Shown here in pieces: positions 48,701 to 62,988 of a DNA stretch of 64,000 bases. Below the pieces are notes generated by a model. The model saw only the letters and a list, made by a program, of their open reading frames with translations. It had not been told where the DNA came from and made no database searches. Origin of the DNA: Marsupella aquatica (lineage: Eukaryota > Plantae > Marchantiophyta); assembly GCA_973895155.1 (NCBI GenBank), contig OZ316898.1, positions 17,040,752-17,104,751 on the forward strand, given 5' to 3'. Both the position numbers and the translations under genes were made by a program. Each line of letters opens with the position of its first letter. Position 1 is the stretch's first letter.

Positions 48701-51700
48701 CTTTAACACTAGCATTATATATTACTTTTGGTACATATGAGACGTCTGCTTTTACACCCTCGCCTGGCCACTTGGACCCTTTTCTGGGGTCCTTGGAAAG
48801 CAGGTGAAATTTGTGTTTGAAGATTTACACGCTAATGGTTTGTTGTCATTCCTTAGGAACAACTGAGGAGATTGAATAGATGGCAATCTGCGACAAGTGA
48901 CCTGCTCTCTGTACTATCTGAATTACGTGTGGTAGTAGCATCATCAAATGAGAACTTTGGCATGGCTTGCATCCCTGCTGTGACGGAAGCTGCAGCTGCA
49001 GCTGCAGGAGTTGATCCCCAGCTGGCACAAACTGGTAGTATGGAGGTGCTCTCAACTGGGATCATCAGCGCAAATATGAAGTCCAATTATTCGGGAGAAA
49101 TTGTTGGCATGAAAAAATTGTATGTTGGCATGGGGGGCTTGACAATCAGCAGCCCTTACATGCAGGCTGGGATTGGGGCAAGAAGAAGAATGAACTTCAA
49201 CGAATCAGCTGAGAGAGACGAACAGCATAATGTAGTCAACAGCCCTATGCAAGATAAAGACCTTGGATTGAATGAAATGTTAACAGTTAGGTTTGTCCAG
49301 CAGCTTCAGCAGTTTGTTGTGGCGGCTGAAAAAGGGCTCGTTATAGACTCAGTTCTGTTCCGCGAAACTTGCTTAAGGAGCGCTGCCCTTCTTCTTTCAG
49401 ATATGGTCTGCACTGAACTCTTTGGTCACTCCATATTCGTACTGCCTGTCCTTGATTTGAATGGCTGAGCCTCAAGTGAATGTCGAGCGAGACTTAGCGT
49501 TTTATTCTTAGGCTTTTGCTAGCTCATGACTGGTTGCTGTCTATTTTGATTTTGCAGGGGGATTCTAAGGAAATGTCAGAGGGGTCATCTCATCTCTTAC
49601 GTCTTCTTTGTTGGTGCCCATCTCATATTTTCACACTTGAAGCGATGGAGACAGGATTGTTTGTCTGGACATGGATTTTATCAGCTGCTCCACAAATGGA
49701 TTCACGGGTGCTAGCAGAACTAGTGGATGCATGGCTGTGGACGGTAGATTCCAAGAAGGGTCTCTTTGCCTCAGGCGTAACCTTTTCTGGCCCTGCAGCA
49801 AGGCTGCGGCCTCAACTAACGCCTGGGGTGCCTGAGCCTGATCCACACCCTGATCCTGTGGTTGGCATCAAGGCTCATCGGCTTTGGCTTGGATTCTTTC
49901 TCGACCGTTATGAGGTGTGCATTTCTCGTACGTAGAAGCCATTTGTTGATGATACGAGAGGAACCCTTTTTTGTTTCCTGCAAACAAGTCACGTCGAAGT
50001 ACGTGTCTCCATGCATTCCACGTTTCTGTAGTCACTTGAAAGAGTGTGAAATACATGTGATCCAAAGAATTTTTAGCTGTAAATAATGGTGGATATGCTT
50101 GAAAATATTCATGGTACTGAAGTGCAACCAAGATGACGGCTCTCTTTTTGTGTTCACAATGATATACCTGTTCGCTATGTTTTTGTTGTGTCATTTCGGT
50201 TTGTTGACTAAAGCTTTGGGAAATGCAGGCAGTCAGACATGGCTCCAGTGACCAATTGCTTTTATTCAGTCGCTTGTTACAAGGCTCTATTTGTAGACCG
50301 AGCCGATTTTCTTCACATCCTGTCGCTTCTGGCTCTTTCTTCACACTCATGCTATTTGGCTTGAAGTTGAAATCATCCCAAAGCCCTTTGTTCGGCAAGG
50401 GTGGCGAATATCTATTGGAAGATTCGGTTTACAGGTACTGTATTGGTCGTTACAAGCTGTTATTTTTCCACTCTCTCTACTGTATGCGGAAAGGCTAGTT
50501 TGCAACACCGATGATCTGACCTTGTGGGGATTAAGATTTAACATGATGTTGTTTTGCAGGGCTGGGTTGAGTTGGTTTGCAGGCCAGCCTGGTTGGTATG
50601 ACTCCAATATGGAAGGTGTTGCTCAGGCAGAAGCAAATTCTGTTTCACGCTTCGTGCACCACTTGACCCATGATCACATCGATGTTACATCAAAAGAATC
50701 GGCGAGCAAACGCAGCCAGTCTAATGGGCTACTGCATTCAAATTCTAGTAGGAAGGTGATTTCCTTTGCTGTGCAGACATGCTATGTCGTATCCCTCCGA
50801 TGCATGCCTGTGTTCTGTGGGTCCTGTTGTCGATGGTTAGATATGCCAACAACTGGGTAAGGGGCCTTGGGTGGAGATTCATCCGTTGTCTTTGTTCTCG
50901 TGTAAACACTTCTACACTTGGACGTTGACACCGTAGGACGGGACATTCAAATGGATTGGAACATTTCAAGAGAATAGCACCAGTTATCCTCCCATTCGGT
51001 ATCATTCAGTGACCCATCTGCTAACTATTTAACTGTTTGTCAGCTCTTCCTGAAAGTCAGACACGACTCCGGTCGAGACAAGCGAAAGCAGCTACTTTTG
51101 ATGCTTTGCCAATCTGAAGTGGACAGATTGGAGACTTGGGCTAACCCTTTGAAGTAAGTTTCTCGAGACTTAATTTGACCGAAGGGTGCTTTATGTACAG
51201 CATGTTCTTTGCGAAATTGAATTTTGCTTTGGCTCTAGAGGTGTTAAGCGTCTCTTCCAGATCCTTATCTCTAGGACAGGAGATTGGTGCATGCCAAAGT
51301 CTTTCGAGCAGCCTGGTGCAGAATGAATGCTAGATTCGAGATCCAGCGTGTCTTTGACAAAGATGGCAAATATCCCCTTTACTTCAGGGAGAGCTTACCC
51401 CGGTGGCGAGTTGGTGGAGACCAATGGGTTGAATACGTGCAGACAGCATGGTCAACGGACCCTCGCATTGCAATGGGTCTGGTAGCAAGGTTTCCTGGGG
51501 TGACTACACTTAGGGCCGAAGTTTCTGCACTTGTGCAGGTCTGTTTGGGGATTGCCGTCTATGAAACCCTCTCGTATCGGTCTAATTTATCGTAGTATGG
51601 AGTTGATCTGCACATGTTTACAATTTTGAATTCATGTATGAGCAACAGGGGCCTCACAGCCTGTAGATTTTGCAATAACTCTGTCGTCACATCTGTCAGG

Positions 51701-54700
51701 GCCCGTCGATACAATAGTTCATTACCATTTATACTCGTCTAGTATTTTTCGCCCACCCTGCTCAGAGATCCTACTTCATTGAAGGATAGGTTTTGAACTG
51801 TGAGTGGCTAGGCTTTTTTAGGACAAAGCCAGTACTAATGCAAGCAAAGATCTTGTGAGTGGTATTTCAATCGCTAAAGGATTTGTTTACAATTTTCCTG
51901 ATACTTTTCCAATTGTGCAGAGCAATATACAGGACTTGTTTGACATTCCTGAGGCTGTACCTTATATCGTCACGCCGAAGGCTGTGGAAGAAGATTCCAT
52001 TGTCTTACAGAAGCTCCCCTATTGGGCTCCATGCTCCATTATCACCGCCCTTGAGTTTTTGACTCCTCCATACAAAGGGCATCACCGGGTTCTTGCCTAC
52101 GTGCTTCGAGTATTGGAAACATATCCCCCCGAGAGGGTCACCTTCTTCATGCCACAACTGGTGCAATCTCTCAGATATGACCAAGCAGTAAGTCCACTCC
52201 TGCTAAGCCCAATTTAGTCAAGTCGTTAAGCAGTTCGTTACCGATGGCAGGGATTGATCTGGTGAATTTGTTAATAATTTATTCTGGGGCACAGTGTAAA
52301 TCCTTGTTCCTCGAACCTCGTACCTCGTCTGTCAATCTGAGAAGTGGTCAGACAATCCTCACCATATAGTTGCCAGAGGCCATGAAGTAAACGCTTATTG
52401 TTTTCCTGTGGTGTTGTCGACATTATATCACTGCAGGCAGGCCGGTGCCACGGCTTCTCCAGACAGCTTCCTATATCTGTCCTGTATCTGAGGAAGAAGC
52501 CTGTCTTTCTGAAATTCAAATAAATATTCTCTCTCGGGATTTCCCCCAACTAGCTTAGCAGTTCCTAAAGACACCAAAAGTGAAGGGTTTGTTTCTTCGG
52601 TCAACTCTATAATTTGCGTGCTTGCATAATTTTGCAGGGGCTTGTGGAGGGCTATTTAATGGCAGCGGTACAGCTAAGCAGCCTCTTTGCCCACATTTTA
52701 ATCTGGCAGTTACAGGTAACTTTCTGCCCAGTATATGTGTTCTATGGCTGTCTTCTGAACAGGACTTTGTTGAATCCTGAGGATTTAAAATTTCAAGTTG
52801 ATTTGCATTTGGACAGGGGGAGGAACCGCCATCTTCTGAGGATAAGGAGACAGAAAAGGAGTCTACGGCTGCTAAGGTACTCCATAACAGCGAAGAGCAC
52901 TATCTGTGGACTGTTCACATTTTTGCCAGAAGATGTTTATATATAGGATCTAGATTTTCATCTACTGCAATGTGAATCCTTTTTATGGAATCTGACGAAA
53001 GATTAGTCTTGTAAGAACTGTCTTTTGGATCTCCTTGTAGGATTCTATGCTAGAGCAATTATGTACAGCTGTCTCGTAGGGACATAGGGTTGCTGGTTAA
53101 CGATGATTTTAGAGTCATGACCGCCTGCTGTTGCTGTATTGAAAGTCTGGTTAGCAGGAACAGTGCCTCAGTTACCAACAACAATGGCATGTACTTATTT
53201 AAGGTTTTCTTTCTTTGCCAGAATAATCTATATGACATTGTGCCCCGAGTGAAGCAACGCATTATTGACAGCTTTACACCGGAGGCGTATGAACAATTTG
53301 AAAAAGAGTTTCGTTTCTTTGATAAAGTTACCTCCATCTCTGGTGTTCTTTATCCCTTACCAAAGGATGAGCGGCGGGCTGGTATTCGAAGGTAATTTCG
53401 AAATACTTGCAAAGAAGTACTTGCTAGTTCTGAAAATTTCTAGCTTTGGAATAATTATTTTGAGGCAGTCCCAGGGGTCCATCATACCCCAAGCGTGGGT
53501 CATTTTCGTATCTGAATATGCTATTTTTCAGGGAATTGGAAAAAATTGACGTTGAAGGAGATCAGATATATTTGCCAACGGCTCCAGGCAAACTTGTCAG
53601 GGGTATTAAAGTGGATAGTGGGATTCCTCTGCAATCAGCTGCCAAAGTTCCAATCATGATCTCATTTGAAGTTGTAGAAAAGGATGGTGATCCTCTCGAC
53701 ATCAAGAGTCAGGCTTGTATATTCAAGGTATGGCAGATACTTTACGTGTTCCCTATTCAATAGAATTTTCAATGATGCCAACAAGCTAAATCACGATGAA
53801 TTCAAACGTGTCTCTATCAGATCCTTCGTCTTCGTAAAGCTCTGGCCTCCTCCCATGCTGGAAGTAGAAGATAAGAGAGGATATCGAGATAGAATAGAAG
53901 GTTAAGGTACTGATGAGGCTTCATGACATTAACCACGAGGTTCACCAGTAAAGACCTCCGCTGAAGATTCGCTGTTCGTCAGTAATCGATGTCTAATTGG
54001 TTATTTGATGTTTCTTCTTAGCTTGGAATTTTATTGAAATGAGTGTAGGAGCTGAGATTTTTATTTGAGCTAGTTAAGATTGAAGAAAGCATTTCGTGAT
54101 GTTGTTGAAGCAAAATACAGTCACTGAGGTTTGAGAGTGACATCCACAGGTTGGAGATGATTGTCGTCAAGACGTACTAGCCCTACAGGTCATCGCACTC
54201 TTGAGAGACATTTTTCAAGCAGTGGGTTTGAAGCTTTATCTCTTCCCATACGGAGTTCTTCCGACTGGTTATGGCAGAGGCATAATTGAGGTACCTTTTC
54301 CTTCAACTAACAAGACCATGATCTGGACTAGTTGCTTTAACGTTGAGACTGCAGTATGGACTGAGCGTGACATACATGTTCCTCCCTACCGCAAACTCAA
54401 ATTCGACCGATGACTCTTTAGTGACTACGTTGAGATTTACACGCACCATTAACTATTGAGCTGAATGCTTTTTCATTTTCCTTCCATATGTCCTCCATCT
54501 GTGTCGTTGATGCTATATTACCGAAGAACGTTTTGGGTGCCTGAGGTTTTCTCCGTCGAACTAGTAGGATAATTTGGTCTGGTATTTTCGTGGACAGGTG
54601 GTACCAAACACTCGCAGCCGCAATCAGATGGGAGAAGTTACAGACGGTGGGTTATACGAGATTTTCCAACAGGAGTACGGACCCGTGGGCTCATCATCGT

Positions 54701-55735
54701 TTGAAAGAGCCAGGGACAATTTTATTATTAGCAGTGCCGGCTATGCTGTTGCCAGCCTTCTGCTACAACCCAAGGACCGGCACAATGGAAATCTTCTTTT
54801 TGACAGGTCTTAAAAATTTCTCTTATTTTCTGAGAATTTTGCAGGTTTTGTTGTGTCATAGTTCAAGCTTCAAACGATACGGGTTCTGCAAAGCTGCTAA
54901 GCCTTCATAAGGGTCTTAATGTATCAGTATAAAATACCAATAGTATATAGTATGGTGAGAGCCAGTATTAAACTCCATGGTTGTCTTAGGAGGCACTCAA
55001 AGGTGAAAATGCTGGAGCAGGATGCGAGATGATATGCTGATCAAGGCGCAAATGTGTAGTTGGGAGGCAATTAAATATTTAAGTGTCCTGCCTTATCGCA
55101 CCTAATCTGCTTATAAGCTGATGATTGGGCTGCTGATACACTGTGCAGTTCAGGGAGACTTGTCCATATTGATTTTGGCTTTATCTTGGAGACATCGCCG
55201 GGAGGCAATATGCGCTTCGAAAGTGCGCAGTTTAAGCTCAGCCATGAGATGACACAACTGTTAGATCCTTCAGGCTCAATGAAGAGTGAGCAATGGCACC
55301 GATTTGTCAGGTGCTGTACCGTTGAGATGCTATCTTGGAAGCAAAGAATCCTTATCAAGTACATTTTGTCGTTCCAATATACTACCACCGTTTCTATCAA
55401 GTCTTGTGTCCAGAATTTACTTTTATGCTTATTTGCATCAATTGACGATTCTTCTTGTTTATGTTATACCCTTCAGCTTGTCTGTGAAGGGGTACTTATC
55501 TGCAAGAGACCATATGGAGGACATCGTTCGGACTGTTTTATTAATGGTGGACAGTGGACTTCCGTGCTTTGGTCGGGGTGATCCAATTGGGAACCTGCGA
55601 AAACGATTTCATCCAGAGATGACTGAAAGAGAGGCAGCAAACTTCATGATTAAGACTTGTAACGATGCATACAACAAATGGAGTACAGCTGGTTATGATC
55701 TGATTCAATATCTTCAGCAAGGCATTGAAATGTAA
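42733..55735 (+). CDS. PI4KA: Phosphatidylinositol 4-kinase alpha (type III alpha), multi-exon
   Basis: Exons give [88 protein letters not shown] and C-terminal [13 protein letters not shown]. Start at ATG 42733 (or 42763). Confidence 0.96.
45553..45768 (+). repeat. 107-bp tandem duplication spanning a PI4KA 3' splice site and exon start
   Basis: Copy 1 45553-45661 (ttgcAActac) and copy 2 45660-45768 (ttgcAGctac). Confidence 0.92.
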
Positions 55736-58423
55736 TGAGTATGCATATATGTCATATATGGTACAGTAGCTCTAATCTAGCCTTGACCACGAAGAAGAGG
55801 GGCTTGTTGTGGGTTAGAGGCGGAGGCGGAGGCATGCTACACGTCAGAGTGTTAATTCTTCGAGAGGGGGCAATTGTACAAAGGGGCTGGTTTTTCTGCG
55901 GACTCTACTCTGTCATTCTTCTGTAAGGGGTTATGCCTATGAAGCCGTTTCTTCCATTCCATGGAGAAGTAGCCGCTCCATGACTTCCTCATGCCATGCA
56001 CAGGAAGATGTCATGGAAGAAAATTTTGTTGCGGTTTCCGTTCTGAGGAGGGGCTTAACTCTCAGGCCATTGGTGATCTCTTTACTTTTCAACAACTTTT
56101 AGGTTGAGTAACGTGCGTATCGCAAGTTTTCACATTTATTAAACATCACGTCAGGATGAAGGGGGCAGCAGCTGTGAAACATTCAGCTGAGGTGTCATTG
56201 CTGTTGAGCCTATGGGTATTGTCATGGGTGATCATCATAACTGCAAATTTTGAAAATAGATGCAGAAGGGATTGGTATTTCCGTTACACGGCTTTCAGGT
56301 CCCTAACCTATGTAACATAGACGGGTTAATTAGAAAGGTAGCAATTGATGGGCACCTCTGGTCACGGCAGCAGAAAGTCAACATGTCAAAGCTTATGGCC
56401 AGTATGCTTTCATCGTGGTGTCTGTTTCATGAAAATATTCTCGTGAATGGTTTTTGAATGCATTTGTGTACACTGATTTTGAATCTGTAGGGATTCAGAA
56501 TTGAAGGTCAAACGATCAATATAGCCTGTTTCGTTTGGACTCATGAGCTCTGGTCCATAAAGGCCTTTAATCTAGTTATCTACACCATAGCTCTCAGTGC
56601 TCGTAGATTTGTACAGTACAAAATTGAACTGCCGTTACTGAATCACAAGGGACACAGAATCCGTCCAGTTGGACTGGAGACCTTGTGGGGATTGTGGACA
56701 GTTAGAGCCTCAGAGCCAACTTGCGTGTAGCAGCACTCAACATTGCTGCCCTCACCACTAGCAAAACGATCTGAAATGTAGATCTGTGGCCCTGCAACGC
56801 GTGAAGTGCACAGGCTGGTGGTGTCTCTCTGTTCTCGTTACCCCCTGAAGTTTACACAGGGCACACTTTGTTTTATTATGAAGTTTGAGGTCTGGGATCT
56901 CAAGGGCGGAAAGCTTCTGGTCCTTGTCCTTGAAACTCCAAAATTGTTGCCCTCGGGCCTGGCAAAGGAGGGGGTTCAGGCATGTAACTCTGGCTCAATT
57001 ATATCCACAACTATAATAAGGGATTTCCTTTTTTTGTCCTTAGTTTGTCCCAATACAAAAATCTCCTGGGTGGGAAATATGCGCAACTGTTGGATTAGTT
57101 TGGCTCTTTTCCCTAACCATTGATGGAGAAAATGGGCACCCATGGTGCATATGTGATTCTCCATGCTGCCCCCATAAATGCCCCAGCCCTACTCCCTATG
57201 GGCCGGCCCTCATTGCGCTGTGCAATGCACAGGCATAGGGCTCGTCCTGGCATGAATCCGTTCAGGGTGGCATTCTTTAGGGCTGGTCACATGCGAGTTG
57301 GCTCTCAGCCTCACACCACAGCAGGACCAATGTGGTGCCAGAGAAACTTGTGACTGTAGTGTCCAGGATCTATCTAGAGGTGGTCTTGGGGTTGGTTAAG
57401 GAGAAAATTGGTTAACAGTTGCTCATGCAGCAGTGTGCTGGGGTGGTGGTTATAGTGGTTGGTGTAAAAGTTTTGTTGTTTTGGCCATGTCATCAGTGCT
57501 GGAGTTGTGGAAGTGTCATTGGTTCAGAAGTGATGTCATTAGTATATTCAGTTTGTTGTAGAAATCAGTTGTCATTGCTAGGTGGACTTGTGAACAGGAT
57601 TTGCGCACAACATATTGACCCCCTTTTTTTCCAACCCCTCCCTTTTGCAATACCTTTTTTTCCATTTCTTTTTTTGGGTGGTTTTTTCTCCCTTTTTCCT
57701 CCTCTCCCAATCCTCTCTCCTGATCCAACTTCCTTCAGCCCCCCACCCACCCACAAATCCCCTCCCCACCCCTCTCTAGAAATTTGTCCTCCCCTAGTAC
57801 CCGGGAGGCTGGCAGGGTATGGGAGGGGAGGCTAAGGGGTGAGCCAAGGAAGTCCTTGCAAGGGAGGTGATGCATTGGGCAGGGTTGGGAGAGAAGGCTG
57901 GTGGGCAAAAGGATGAGGGAGAGCAAGTGGGAAGGCATGTTGGTGCATCCAAGGGCGTGAGAAAAGAGCTCATTAATCTAATGCGCACAATTTATTCACA
58001 CAAATTCCATTTTGTAAATAGACCACACATATGAAAAGGGAGAATACTTGTGATAGTGTTGAGATTTATCAAAACCCACAATTCTTCACACGCAAATTAC
58101 ATTCTGGACCACAGGAGATAAGAAGCGAGATTACTTGTTACAGTATTGAGATTTATCAAAACCTACAACTTCTTCCCACCCAAATTGTATTTTGTACATA
58201 GACACAATTTCTTATTGTACTCTTGAGATTTATCAGGAACCCAGGTGTTTTTATCAGGAACCCAGGCCACCGATGAAGATACTCTAAATCGCTGAAACAT
58301 GACCAAGGGTAAAGTTGGGATCCCCACCTTTCCTGAGGATGGTTCCATGACTTTGAAATTCCCTTATTAAGTTTGATCTCTGTCCTTACAAACATGCAAT
58401 GAATGAAGGTATTTTGACGGATA

Positions 58424-58454
58424 CCCTAAACCCTAAACCCTAAACCCTAAACCC
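58424..58454. repeat. Interstitial plant telomeric repeat (CCCTAAA)4
   Basis: ccctaaa x4 + ccc. Confidence 0.85.
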
Positions 58455-59013
58455 CCCCTTGAGGACCACCAAGTGTTCTCAGCCATCTAGTACGAAATGC
58501 TGTCCATGAATGAGATGAATGTTTCATTGCACAGCAAGATATGAGATTCCCGAGAGAGAATTGCTCGAAGACATTTCATATATGAATCAGTTGAGACCAG
58601 TTGAACAACTAGTTCTCGATTGGAAAATTTCAATACGCTGGATTTTTTTAGAACAAACACATCTTCGACTGGCAATTCGGAACTCCTCTAAACAAAACTG
58701 TCAGCTGTTCTTTGTCACATCCGACAATCCCTTCTCTAGACTGAAAACAAAATATCTCACCAGAAGAAATGAACTACCCAACAGCTACATTGGCGCGTCT
58801 AGCTCTTCAATGTCGTCAAAAATCGCCCTTCAATACACGATTATAATCCTCTCCAAAGCACATATATATGACTCTGAAGTGAGAGCTACCTTACTCCCTA
58901 CCACATTCATGGCAATTGAGGATATCACCGCCTCAGAATTTTGCCTCTGTGAATTCTACCCTTCTCTCAGAACTTCTCTACACTGACTGGGCACAAGATG
59001 TACTTCTCGACTT

Positions 59014-62000
59014 CTATCTAATGAAAAGAATAGCAGTAGTTACTGCTGTTACGATTGAAAAGCATAGCTGCTCCCACCAGAAGGGCAGAGATGAGCCTGC
59101 CGCAGAGAGTGACCTTTCACTGTAGTTGGCAATGGGACTTTCAGCAGCAAGTACCTCAGAGTTTGGAGTACTTCGTGGAATAAGACCAGCTGTGGAAGCA
59201 GGGCGACGAGGTATCCCTAGACTTGGAGGGATTGAAGGAACGAGGGCAGCTGTGGGAGGAGGTGGGGAAGTCTGGCTGCCTGGAGGAGGTGGAGGGGTTA
59301 TTCCCAAGGGAGGCGGTGGAGGAACTAAAGCAGATGTGTTTGGGGGCGGAGGAGGAGGTTGCATCGAACCTGGGGTGGGGCTGCCGACACTGCCACACAA
59401 ACGAAACTATCATTAGTAAAATCACAAATTCATACAGTACAAGCTTCTAATAACCACCGTATCCTGCAACAGCTTCTGCAATGCAAACAGGACTCCAAAA
59501 TCCTCCTCAAAATGTTGACGATTGATATTCCAAGTTGTCATTATGCTCTTACAGTGGTGTGATGACGGACTTGATTCATCTTTTCCAAGATGCCAAACAT
59601 ATGAAGTTAGTGCATGCAAATCGAGAGAAATCATGTGCATAGGTGCTCCCCATGAGGCTGACAAGGTCACGAATTAAGGCTTTACTCTGGTACGACAACA
59701 CTTTAATGACCTTCGAATCTCAGGATGTGCAAGCCGTTGGCAGGTGCACAGCAGGATGAAACATTCGCAAAAGAATCAAAACCTTCTGCTCCCACCTAAG
59801 TCAGCTTGCCTGTCAAGGCCTACGAGTTCCTCTAAGATCTTGCCTTCTGATTTGAGCAGACGTTCATGGAAGACCAGTGGGGCTCAGCCAAGACGTTGAA
59901 CGAGAATCATTCTCTCTCACCTGGACCGCATAGGTCGTTTGCAGAATTCAAGCGTCCATTCACACGGTCACAACTGCTGCGTTAGGGTACGGATCTATAT
60001 ATGATCAGGACAAATCTTAACAAACTAACTGTAGCTTAGAAAGCCATCTCTCTCTTTATTGCCGTAGCAGGGAAATGTGGAAGGGTACAAAATACAGGTA
60101 AGAAGAATCTTGATGATCTCTGACCTTTCATGATCATCATCCAACAGAATCACTGCCTGTCTCATTCTACTGGGAGAGCACTGCCAGCCCAATTGAGTAT
60201 TCCACAGGATACTTGAATCATTACTATGTTCCTGTAGCTCAAAGAAGTAACCCCTTAATGACCCATGTTTACAATTCTGACAGACGTTGTAATTTCAACG
60301 GGTCTTGACCTGTTCTTAGACAATCAGCCTCTGTCACCACAACTTCTGCTAATAAATGGTAGTTTGGAGCCAGTATGTATCTGTCGGCATAAAGAGAAGT
60401 TTACATAATTTCTCATCAGAAGTGAGCAATTACTGGAACCTTTCAATGGTAGCTGACTTCCCTAGCTTTCTTCTGACTTTGCTTCTACTCCTGCTGTACA
60501 ATAGTATGGTGATTCGGTTTGAGTGATGATATATGATGTCCCTTCAAACCTAAACATGCGGCTGTCATAGCGAGAAATTCATTACCTTAATCCACTGGAA
60601 CAAAATGTGATAGTGTAAGCAGTTGGACCCGAGCAAGTGAATGTGCTGCTTTCATCATCGTATGCGTAGCTGTAAGCAGTGGGACACGCATCCTTGAATG
60701 TCTTGCTATAGCTCGTCGCCCCACAAGTTTGGGGGGTGTTGTAAGCTCCAGCACAGCAGTAGTTATCCGACCCAAACGCCTCGCAAGCGCTCTTGCAGGC
60801 AACGACCTCGCCGTTAACAATCTCTTGCAGTTCAGAAGGACAACTCTTGTTCAAGTCCGTGAGGCAGCCAGGAGCCCCACAGGCCCCACTTGAAGCTGTA
60901 CCTCCAGTGGCAGTGATCGACAAGGGCAAGTTGTACCCGTCAACAAGGCTTACGTCGTAGAAGTCCTGTGAGCCATACCCATCTAGTGTGAATTCTGCAA
61001 GAGTGGCAGGAGGAATGCCTCCAGCGCCGTTGCAATACAAGCCCCTCGCACAGTCTCCAGTCGAGCACACTCCAGTCCCTGAGCTGTCGAATGAGCACCC
61101 CTCTCTACCCCACAGGCGCCCTGCCCAACCGGCAGGAGCTGTGTACTGGAAGGTCGCGCCCGGGGCAAGAGTCGTTCCGCCTTGGAACAAAGTTGCGATC
61201 CCTGCATTGGACAGCGTGGCCGGCCATACTGTGACGGAGCACTGGTTCACGAGGCTGAAAGTTCTCTGGGCCGACGAGATTTGTGAACCTGCAAGAAATG
61301 TATACATCCTTAGCTCGGGAGTCAATAAAATAAAACCAATGCATCTTCAGCTCGGGAGTCAATAATAAAATCAAACCGATGCATCCTCAGCTCGAGATAA
61401 AACAGAGCCTACGATGGTGGGTAGCTTATCAGCTGGCATAGGACACTGGTCATCTATGGACAGGAGTGACTTTCTAATATTCTTTTGGAGGACTACCCCT
61501 CTTACCTGATCAACACGATCATATTTAAGAAAAAAACGTCGTAATCCTGGCCTCGTGATGACGTCAAGCCTCGAATTACAAAGTGTGTAACTTTCACCTT
61601 AATGTCACTAGCTAGACAACATTGCGAAGAATAGGTTGTGAATCGTCTGCTCTGTCGGATGCTTTTCATCACTATAACTCTCTGAAATTGCCTGATTTCA
61701 CATTGAGACCGCATTGCAAAGAAGAGGCTATGAATCGTCGTCGGTCTCTCAGATGTCTTTCATTACGATAATTGTCCGCTTTTGCAACAGCGCTTCTACA
61801 AAATTACTCCATCGTTCCCGCATGCATAATTACATTTCTACCTCTGCTCCTACCACCAATCAGGATGGTCTCTGCTTCACAACTCTGGCCAAGCCACTCC
61901 TGATCAATGTTCTCGATATCAGGCTGTGCTGGGGTCGCTTATGTTTCTGGCTTCCTGGACACGACCTGATCTAAGCACACTGCCCCTGCACTTTGCTTGC

Positions 62001-62988
62001 GAACAGGTTCAGCGCGGGCTACTTAGTCTCCACGATCGATGGTGTGTGTCCACTTCTGCAACAGCGCTTCTACAAATCTCTCCTACAGTTTGCTAGAATA
62101 GTTTGATTCCTTTGGGTGATACAGAATCAATTAGGGGCACTCCTCTCACTAACAGCTCACGAGATAGATTTTGACAGTAAAGAGCCATTTCTCTGTTGGA
62201 GCTCTTGTCTTGATTTTTGGCACTAGACAATTGATTCAATCCAATGCAAGTGGATCGAGCAATAAAATGTACTCTTTTGTGATCACTATTCACAAGATAG
62301 ACAATAACTCTTTAAAATTGCCTGTTTTCACATCCTCACTACAGATCTTGCCGACCATTATCGTAGAATCTGAGCTCACTATCTAAAACAGGGCGTGATG
62401 GTCTAGCCTTCTGAGCAGACTAACTTTCAAGGCGCAACCGGACTCAATCAACCTTTGTAGATATTTTAGGCGACATTCGGGCTCGAAAGGTCCAGACAAG
62501 CCTTCACGAGAGGACGTCCATCGCTCCATTGGAACGGACGGGAAGGCAAGAAAAGAATTGATGCTGCACTAGCTGCCAACCTTCATCAAAGAACCTATTC
62601 TAACGGCCCAACCCAGTCCAAACAAAAATGTCCTGTCACGGTTTCTTCACTGTCAATTAACAGCTGCTCGGAGATCTCTAATCCAACAACTTCAGGGCTA
62701 GCTGAAAGCAGTAGTAGAGATTGGCATAGGGAGAATGTGGGCAATTGAAAAAGGATGTGCAGGCATTCACTCATACCGTCCAACGTGATCTGCAAAATAA
62801 CTCCCAAGACTTTTTCGCGATCACCGTCATCCGAGAATGTGAACGATAGCACTCACTTACAATCGCATTGGTTAATGATGCATCTAACTACAATGATATT
62901 AAGGACTCTTGAGAGATTACGAGTGAGCATACGTACCAGAGAGGATCAGGCAGAAAAGAAGAGTGGTGAATCTCAGCTGCGCCATCAT
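59014..62988 (-). CDS. Thaumatin-like protein (PR-5) with Pro-rich extension and hydrophobic C-terminus (exons 62988-62937, 61288-60586, 59389-59014)
   Basis: Signal-peptide exon MMAQLRFTTLLFCLILS, then FSLVNQCSVTVWP, GRLWGREGC, PPATLAEFTL, DFYDVSLVDGYN and CPTAYSYAYDD. Splice phases 1 and 2 join in frame to a poly-Pro exon. Confidence 0.92.

Noticed and set aside
61305-61400. ~36-bp repeat x2.5 next to the TLP acceptor
   Set aside because: An ordinary local intronic slippage duplication with no evident effect on the splice site.
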